This document shows, piece after piece, positions 26,043-32,000 of a DNA stretch of 32,000 nt. The DNA comes from Paracoccus suum (GTDB lineage: Bacteria > Pseudomonadota > Alphaproteobacteria > Rhodobacterales > Rhodobacteraceae), in NCBI RefSeq assembly GCF_003324675.1, contig NZ_CP030918.1:2580001-2612000 (forward strand), in the 5' to 3' direction. The position numbers and the translations under genes were made by a program. Position 1 is the first letter of the stretch; the number at the start of each line of letters is the position of its first letter. Below the pieces are notes generated by a model. That model worked only from the letters and a program-made list of their open reading frames with translations, searched no databases and had not been told where the DNA came from.

Positions 26043-26911
26043 TGCCGCACCCGCAAGAAGCGCCGGTTCAGCAGCAGGAACACCAGCGCGCAGATCGCGA
26101 CCAGCAGCATGGCAGTTACGGCGAGGGCCGAGCCCATGGGCCGGTTGTCCTGATCGAGCATCTGGCTCTGGATCATGTTGGCGATCATCGGGATCTTGCC
26201 GCCGCCGATCAGCGTCGGGGTCACGTAATCACCGATTGTCGGGATAAAGACGATCAGCACTGCAGCGATCACCCCCGGCATCGCCAGCGGCAGCGTCACC
26301 CGCCAGAAAGTCATCAGCCGCGTCTCGCCCAGATCGCGCCCCGCCTCTAGCAGGCTACGATCAATCTTCTCCAGCGCGACGAAGATCGGCAGGATGGCAA
26401 AGGGCGCATATGCATGGGCCAGCGTCGCCACGATGGCCGAGACGGTATTCAGCATGCGGAACGGGCTGTCGATCAGCCCGGTTTCCAGAAAGGCCGAGTT
26501 GATGACCCCGTTTGGCGCCATGATAACCTTCCACAGAAAGACCCGGACCAGGTAGCTGGTCCAGAACGGGATGGTGATCAGGAACAGCCACAGCGACTTG
26601 CGCTGCGGGCTGACGACGAAGCTGAGGAAATAGGCGACTGGAAAGGCTAGGACCACCGTGACCAGGGTCACCAGCGCCGAGACCACCAGCGAGCGCACCA
26701 TGATGCGATGAAAGATCGGATCGGCCCAGACCGCCCTGTAATTTTCCAGCGTGAATTCGCGGATGACGGTCAGATAGCCGTCCTTGAAAAAGCTGTAGGC
26801 CACGATGGTGGCCAGCGGCGCCGCCAGCAGCAACAGGGCGTAGCCGAAAGGTGGCGCGATCATGGTCAGGCCCTGCCGCGCCTCGGACGAAATCCCCGCT
26901 CGTCGCATCAT
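26039..26911 (-). CDS. ABC transporter permease (PotB-like)
   Basis: ORF 26039..26935. I chose ATG 26911 (MMRRAGISSE), preceded by ACGGGGGAC. EAA-loop: LLEAGRDLGETRLMTFWRVTLPLAMPG. Confidence 0.88.
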   Translation of the reverse strand: MMRRAGISSEARQGLTMIAPPFGYALLLLAAPLATIVAYSFFKDGYLTVIREFTLENYRAVWADPIFHRIMVRSLVVSALVTLVTVVLAFPVAYFLSFVVSPQRKSLWLFLITIPFWTSYLVRVFLWKVIMAPNGVINSAFLETGLIDSPFRMLNTVSAIVATLAHAYAPFAILPIFVALEKIDRSLLEAGRDLGETRLMTFWRVTLPLAMPGVIAAVLIVFIPTIGDYVTPTLIGGGKIPMIANMIQSQMLDQDNRPMGSALAVTAMLLVAICALVFLLLNRRFLRVRQ

Positions 26912-27063
26912 GTCCCCCGTTGGCCATGCCGGCACGTCTTTGTTGTTTCAATCTGTTCCACAGCCGCGCGGCCAAGTGAAGCCCGCACGCGCGCAGCCGC
27001 ATCGCGCCCATCCGGGGACGCTGCGCGCGCGATGGACAAGACCCCAAAGGCCGCTAAAACTGA

Positions 27064-28239
<1,176 letters not shown>

Positions 28240-28261
28240 GCCAGCCGTCGTTCAGGCATCG

Positions 28262-28299
28262 CCGCCGCGTCAGTCGTCTGGTGCGGCGGTTCTCTTTTG
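28262..28299 (+). terminator. Rho-independent terminator after the TRAP binding-protein gene
   Basis: CCGCCGC (28262-28268) pairs with GCGGCGG (28283-28289). An inner CAG/CTG extension is possible. The stem is followed directly by TTCTCTTTTG. It lies 22 nt after the stop codon. Confidence 0.6.
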
Positions 28300-28309
28300 C
28301 CTGCCACGT

Positions 28310-28342
28310 GAAAGGCGCCGTCCCCAGGGGACGGCGCCTTTC
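28310..28342. terminator. Near-perfect 33-nt palindrome (16-nt arms), candidate bidirectional terminator
   Basis: GAAAGGCGCCGTCCCC-A-GGGGACGGCGCCTTTC. I reverse-complemented it by hand and only the central base differs. It sits in the 142-bp gap between convergent dctP and dctM. Flanking T-tracts are short (TTTC on either strand). Confidence 0.5.
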
Positions 28343-28362
28343 TCAACTCCTATCCACGGCGT

Positions 28363-28380
28363 CCGAAGGGGGGCCTTCGG
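28363..28380 (-). terminator. Short GC hairpin immediately after the dctM stop codon
   Basis: CCGAAGG-GGGG-CCTTCGG, a 7-bp stem ending 1 nt from the TGA at 28382-28384. It has no U-tract. It may be a stabiliser or part of a compound terminator with the 28310-28342 palindrome. Confidence 0.35.
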
Positions 28381-28381
28381 A

Positions 28382-30295
28382 TCACGGTGCCGCTGCGGGT
28401 GCCGGTGTCGCCGGCGGGGCCGCCGTCGATGCCGCGGGCGCGGGCGTGCCGAAGTTCGGCGGACTGTTCAGCCCCTGCAAACCGCCTGCGGGCGCAGGCG
28501 CTGGGGCAGTCGCCGGCTGCCCGGTCGCTGGTTGCGACGGCGCGGCTGCGGGCGCGCCGAAATTCGGCAAGCCGCCAAGCCCCTGCAACCCGCCCGATGG
28601 CGCACCCGCTGCCGGGGCACCGCCCGGCGCCGCTCCTGGACCGCCAAGGCTGAGGCCACCAAGCCCGCCGAGGCCGCCGCTCAGACCCCCGCCGGGGATT
28701 TCGATCTTGACGTTCTCCATGTTCACGGGCGCGCCCTTGTAGTGCATCACAAGGCCCGGAAAGAGGATCACCACCCCGATCATGACCAGCTGGATCAGCA
28801 CGAAGGGAATGGCACCATAGTAGATCTGCCCGGTGGTGACGGGCGCCGTCTTCAGCCCTGTGACGCGGTCGACATAAGGCTGCTTTGGCGCCACGGATCG
28901 CAGGTAGAACAGCGAAAAACCGAACGGCGGGTGCATGAAGCTGGTCTGCATGTTCACCCCCAGGATCACCCCGAACCAGATCAGGTCGATTCCCAGCTTT
29001 TCGGCGGCAGGGGCCAGCAGGGGCACGATGATGAAGGCCAGCTCGAAGAAATCGAGGAAAAAGGCCAGCAGGAACACCAGCACCGACACCGCGATCAGGA
29101 AGCCGTATTCGCCCCCCGGCAGCGAGGTCAGCAGATGCTCGACCCACAGGTGCCCGTTCACGCCATAGAAGGTCAGGCTGAACATCCGGGCGCCGATCAG
29201 GATGAACATCACGAAGGATGACAGCCGGGTTGTGGCGAGGATCGCCTGGCTGACGACGCCAAAGTTGAGTCGGCCCTTGACCGCCGACAGCACCAGCGCG
29301 CCGACAGCGCCCATGGCGCCCCCCTCGGTCGGGGTCGCGATCCCCAGGAAGATCGTGCCCAGCACCAGGAAGATCAGTGCCAGCGGCGGGATCAGGACGA
29401 TGATGACCTGGCTGGCGAGGCGCGAGAGCAGATTGATCTTCAGCCCCCGGTCAAGCAGCGCGATCACGTAGATGATGATCACGGCGAGGCCCGCGGCCAG
29501 GATGTCGGCGTTGTTGCCATGCGCCGGCTCCAGCCAGCGGAAGCTGACGTAGAAGATGGCGACGGTGGCCAGCAGCGCCACCAGCAGCGAGGCGACGCCA
29601 GAGCCGAGTGTCCGTGCCTCCTTCGGCAGGGCCGGCATCCAGTTCGGCCGCACCAGAGTGGTGACAAACACATAGGTCATGTAGAATCCGGTCAGGATCA
29701 GACCGGGGATCATAGCGCCCTTGTACATGTCCCCGACCGAGCGGCCGAGCTGGTCAGCCAACACGATCAGCACCAGCGAGGGCGGGATGATCTGCGCCAG
29801 CGTGCCCGACGCGGCGATAACGCCCGAGGCGACGCGCCGGTCATAACCATAGCGCAGCATGATCGGCAGCGAGATCAGGCCCATAGCGATGACCGAGGCC
29901 GCAACAACCCCCGTGGTCGCCGCCAGCAGCGCGCCGACGATGATCACCGCATAAGCGAGGCCACCCCGGACCGGGCCGAACAACTGGCCCACGGTGTCCA
30001 GCAGATCCTCGGCCATCCCCGATTTTTCAAGGATGACCCCCATGAAGGTAAAGAATGGGATCGCAAGTAATGTCTCGTTCGAGAGGACCCCCCACAGGCG
30101 GTCCGGCATGGTGCCGAGCAGATTCCAGTCAAGGAAGATCGAGCCGTTCGAGAGGGGCGCCAGCTCGACCCCGATAATGAAGAACAAAAGGCCGTTTGCC
30201 GCCAGCGAGAACGCGACCGAATAGCCGAACAGCAGGAACAGGACCAGCGAGGCGAACATGATCGGCGCCATGTTCTGTGCGATGAATTCCATCAT
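28382..30295 (-). CDS. dctM: TRAP transporter large permease (DctM/FcbT3-like) with about 103-aa Gly/Pro/Ala C-terminal tail
   Basis: ORF 28382..30295, 637 aa, polytopic. Motifs include LLAIPFFTFMGVILEKSGMAEDL and GTLAQIIPPSLVLIVLA. The start overlaps the dctQ stop as ATGA (30292-30295). Confidence 0.88.
   Translation of the reverse strand: MMEFIAQNMAPIMFASLVLFLLFGYSVAFSLAANGLLFFIIGVELAPLSNGSIFLDWNLLGTMPDRLWGVLSNETLLAIPFFTFMGVILEKSGMAEDLLDTVGQLFGPVRGGLAYAVIIVGALLAATTGVVAASVIAMGLISLPIMLRYGYDRRVASGVIAASGTLAQIIPPSLVLIVLADQLGRSVGDMYKGAMIPGLILTGFYMTYVFVTTLVRPNWMPALPKEARTLGSGVASLLVALLATVAIFYVSFRWLEPAHGNNADILAAGLAVIIIYVIALLDRGLKINLLSRLASQVIIVLIPPLALIFLVLGTIFLGIATPTEGGAMGAVGALVLSAVKGRLNFGVVSQAILATTRLSSFVMFILIGARMFSLTFYGVNGHLWVEHLLTSLPGGEYGFLIAVSVLVFLLAFFLDFFELAFIIVPLLAPAAEKLGIDLIWFGVILGVNMQTSFMHPPFGFSLFYLRSVAPKQPYVDRVTGLKTAPVTTGQIYYGAIPFVLIQLVMIGVVILFPGLVMHYKGAPVNMENVKIEIPGGGLSGGLGGLGGLSLGGPGAAPGGAPAAGAPSGGLQGLGGLPNFGAPAAAPSQPATGQPATAPAPAPAGGLQGLNSPPNFGTPAPAASTAAPPATPAPAAAP
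28442..28594 (-). repeat. Two 45-nt imperfect direct repeats, 108 nt apart (in frame), inside the dctM tail
   Basis: 28442-28486 is GGGCGTGCCGAAGTTCGGCGGACTGTTCAGCCCCTGCAAACCGCC. 28550-28594 is GGGCGCGCCGAAATTCGGCAAGCCGCCAAGCCCCTGCAACCCGCC. About 35 of 45 positions are identical. They encode GGLQGLNSPPNFGTPA and GGLQGLGGLPNFGAPA. Confidence 0.8.
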
Positions 30296-31014
30296 GTGCG
30301 CGGCCCCCGGCCTTCGTTGCTGCCCGGCGCCTCATCCGGCAGCCGGGTCGAGCCGTGGCCCGGCCGCGGATCGTTGTGATCGAGCGGGCTGTCGATCGCG
30401 AGGTCGAGCGCCGGATGGTCGGGATCGACCAGCTGCGCCATCTCCTGCGCGATGGCCTGGCCTTCCAGCTCGGCCGCCTCGTGATGGCTGACGAAGGGCG
30501 TCGGATCGGGGATGATCCCACGCATCACGGCGATCTTCTTGATGATCTCCGACAGGCCCTGCGCAAAAAGCATTATGAACGCGGCCAGCAGCATCATCTT
30601 GGCCGGCCACAGCGGCAGGCCGCCCGCGTTGTTGCTGACCTCGCCATTGCGGAACGAGCGCAGCGCCCAGGGGTAGAGCAGCCAGATCATCATCATGGTG
30701 AACGGCATCAGGAACAGCACATGGCCGATCAGGTCGATCCAGTGCTGGGTCCGGCGACGCCAGCGGCCGTAGACGATGTCGATGCGGATATGCTCGTTTT
30801 CCAGCAGGGTATAGGCGGCCGCGCCGAGGAAGGCGGCGCCATACAGATACCACTGCAACTCGAGCCAGGCGTTCGACGAGATGTTGAACACTTTGCGCAC
30901 GACGGCGTTCGCGGCGCTGACGAGAACCGCCACCAAGATCGCCCAGCCGACCGTGCGTCCGATCAATGTGTTGATGCGGTCAATGCCGCGTGCAAGCCCA
31001 AGAAGGCCGCCCAT
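30292..31014 (-). CDS. dctQ: TRAP transporter small permease (DctQ/FcbT2-like) with acidic/His-rich C-terminal extension
   Basis: ORF 30292..31134. I chose ATG 31014 (MGGLLGLARGIDRINTLIG), with GGGGGGAA 7 nt upstream. Four hydrophobic helices are followed by about 75 hydrophilic residues. Confidence 0.8.
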   Translation of the reverse strand: MGGLLGLARGIDRINTLIGRTVGWAILVAVLVSAANAVVRKVFNISSNAWLELQWYLYGAAFLGAAAYTLLENEHIRIDIVYGRWRRRTQHWIDLIGHVLFLMPFTMMMIWLLYPWALRSFRNGEVSNNAGGLPLWPAKMMLLAAFIMLFAQGLSEIIKKIAVMRGIIPDPTPFVSHHEAAELEGQAIAQEMAQLVDPDHPALDLAIDSPLDHNDPRPGHGSTRLPDEAPGSNEGRGPRT

Positions 31015-31361
31015 CCAAGTTCCCCCCGTCGCCTTTTGCCGGTCTTGGGTGGATGGGGTCTGACGCCCCGTCTCTGCCCTAGGCAGGCTTCTCCTCTGGC
31101 GTCGCGCCGTGCCGCAGGATCTGCGCGCAGCCAACCCTCCGCGCCTACCTTGGCAGTCGCCACTCGGTCAAGAAGCTTGCCGCGGGAACGACAGGTCCGC
31201 GCATGAGCCTGACGTAACCGCATACAGATCGCCCGACGGATCGGTCTGATTGGCGCTTTACCTGTTCCTTTGTGCGGATAAGGTCACGGCAGTCGGCAGG
31301 CCCCTTCGCGCCATGCGTGCGCTGGGCTTGCCACACACAATAATAAGGGGGGTTCTTAACG

Positions 31362-32000
31362 ATGACCAAACTTCTTCTGACCACCGCGCTGACCTGCGCT
31401 TTTGCATTCCCGGCACTCGCGGCAAAGCCGGCCGAGGGCGAAAAACTCGCCGACAAACAAGAGTATACGTTCTGGCTGCTGGATGCGATCAAATCGATGG
31501 ATCCGGCCAAGAACACCGACGTCGAAGGTAGCGACGTCCTGCGCCAGCTGCTCGAAGGGCTGATGATCGAGGACAACAAGGGCGCCATGATCCCCGGCGT
31601 CGCCGAAAGCTTCGACGAATCCCCCGACAAGCTGACCTACACATTCCATCTGCGCGATGCGAAATGGTCAAACGGCGATCCCGTCACCGCCGGCGACTTT
31701 GTCTACGGCTGGCGCCGCGTGGCAGATCCCAAGACGGCCAGCGAATACGCATGGTTCATGGAACTGATGAACATCGAAAACGCGACCAAGGTGGTCAAGG
31801 GCGAACTGCCGCCGGACCAGCTGGGCGTCAAGGCGATCGACGACAAGACCTTCGAGGTCAAGCTTTCGAACCCGACCCCCTATTTCATCAAGACGCTGGC
31901 CCATACCTCGACCTTCCCGGTGCCGCAAAAGGTGGTCGAGGCCGAGGGTGACAACTGGACCCAACCCGGCAAGTTCGTGGGCAACGGCGCCTACAAGCTG
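31362..32000 (+). CDS. Family-5 periplasmic peptide/oligopeptide-binding protein (OppA/DppA-like), 5' part only
   Basis: Not in the ORF track because it is open-ended. ATG 31362 follows AAGGGGGG at 31345-31352. The frame stays open for 213 codons to the window end. Signal peptide: MTKLLLTTALTCAFAFPALAAK. Family-5 SBP hallmarks: LLEGLM, DKLTYTFHLRDAKWSNGDPVTAGDFVYGW and GNGAYKL. Confidence 0.85.
   Translation, partial: MTKLLLTTALTCAFAFPALAAKPAEGEKLADKQEYTFWLLDAIKSMDPAKNTDVEGSDVLRQLLEGLMIEDNKGAMIPGVAESFDESPDKLTYTFHLRDAKWSNGDPVTAGDFVYGWRRVADPKTASEYAWFMELMNIENATKVVKGELPPDQLGVKAIDDKTFEVKLSNPTPYFIKTLAHTSTFPVPQKVVEAEGDNWTQPGKFVGNGAYKL

Noticed and set aside
28449-28569. 13-nt palindromes GCCGAAGTTCGGC (28449-28461) and GCCGAAATTCGGC (28557-28569) as possible operator sites
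   Set aside because: They sit inside the dctM coding tail. They are fully explained by the codons for Pro-Asn-Phe-Gly (CCG AAy TTC GGC), which are self-complementary, so they are a by-product of the peptide repeat.

Overview
This is a high-GC chromosomal segment. Most 60-nt lines I hand-counted are about 62-78% G+C. The gene content looks alphaproteobacterial, possibly Rhodobacterales-like, but that is an inference from gene content alone. I can support 27 protein-coding genes. Two are open-ended at the window edges and so are missing from the ORF track. I recognised no rRNA, tRNA, CRISPR array, transposase, integrase or phage gene, so this looks like core chromosome rather than an island. 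Gene order, left to right: (1) a partial secreted protein; (2) a minus-strand operon of LuxR-type response regulator, FIST protein and soluble hybrid histidine kinase; (3) divergent from it, capsule genes kpsS, a lipoprotein OPX exporter and kpsC, then a DedA protein; (4) a five-gene minus-strand MoxR / DUF58 / BatA-like / DUF4159 / vWA-membrane operon, with DUF1285 and hydroxypyruvate isomerase divergent from it; (5) a minus-strand run of a small secreted protein, cysS, cimA, an SQS/PSY-like protein and an orphan cheB; (6) a polyamine-type ABC importer (two permeases and an ATPase, no binding protein); (7) a TRAP transporter whose Tat-signal binding-protein gene converges on dctQ-dctM; (8) the 5' part of a family-5 peptide-binding protein gene. 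All domain names come from motifs read by eye and from memory. No search was run. I found no clear-cut new system such as a defence or mobile module. The observations most worth a second look are these five. First, a C10 homopolymer lies in the regulatory region upstream of kpsS. Second, a tract of foreign composition spans the 3' third of cysS and the cysS-cimA junction. Third, the MoxR/vWA envelope operon has one intact and one degenerate MIDAS motif, and its function is unknown. Fourth, an intact cheB has no chemotaxis partners nearby. Fifth, both TRAP membrane subunits carry unusual low-complexity C-terminal tails.
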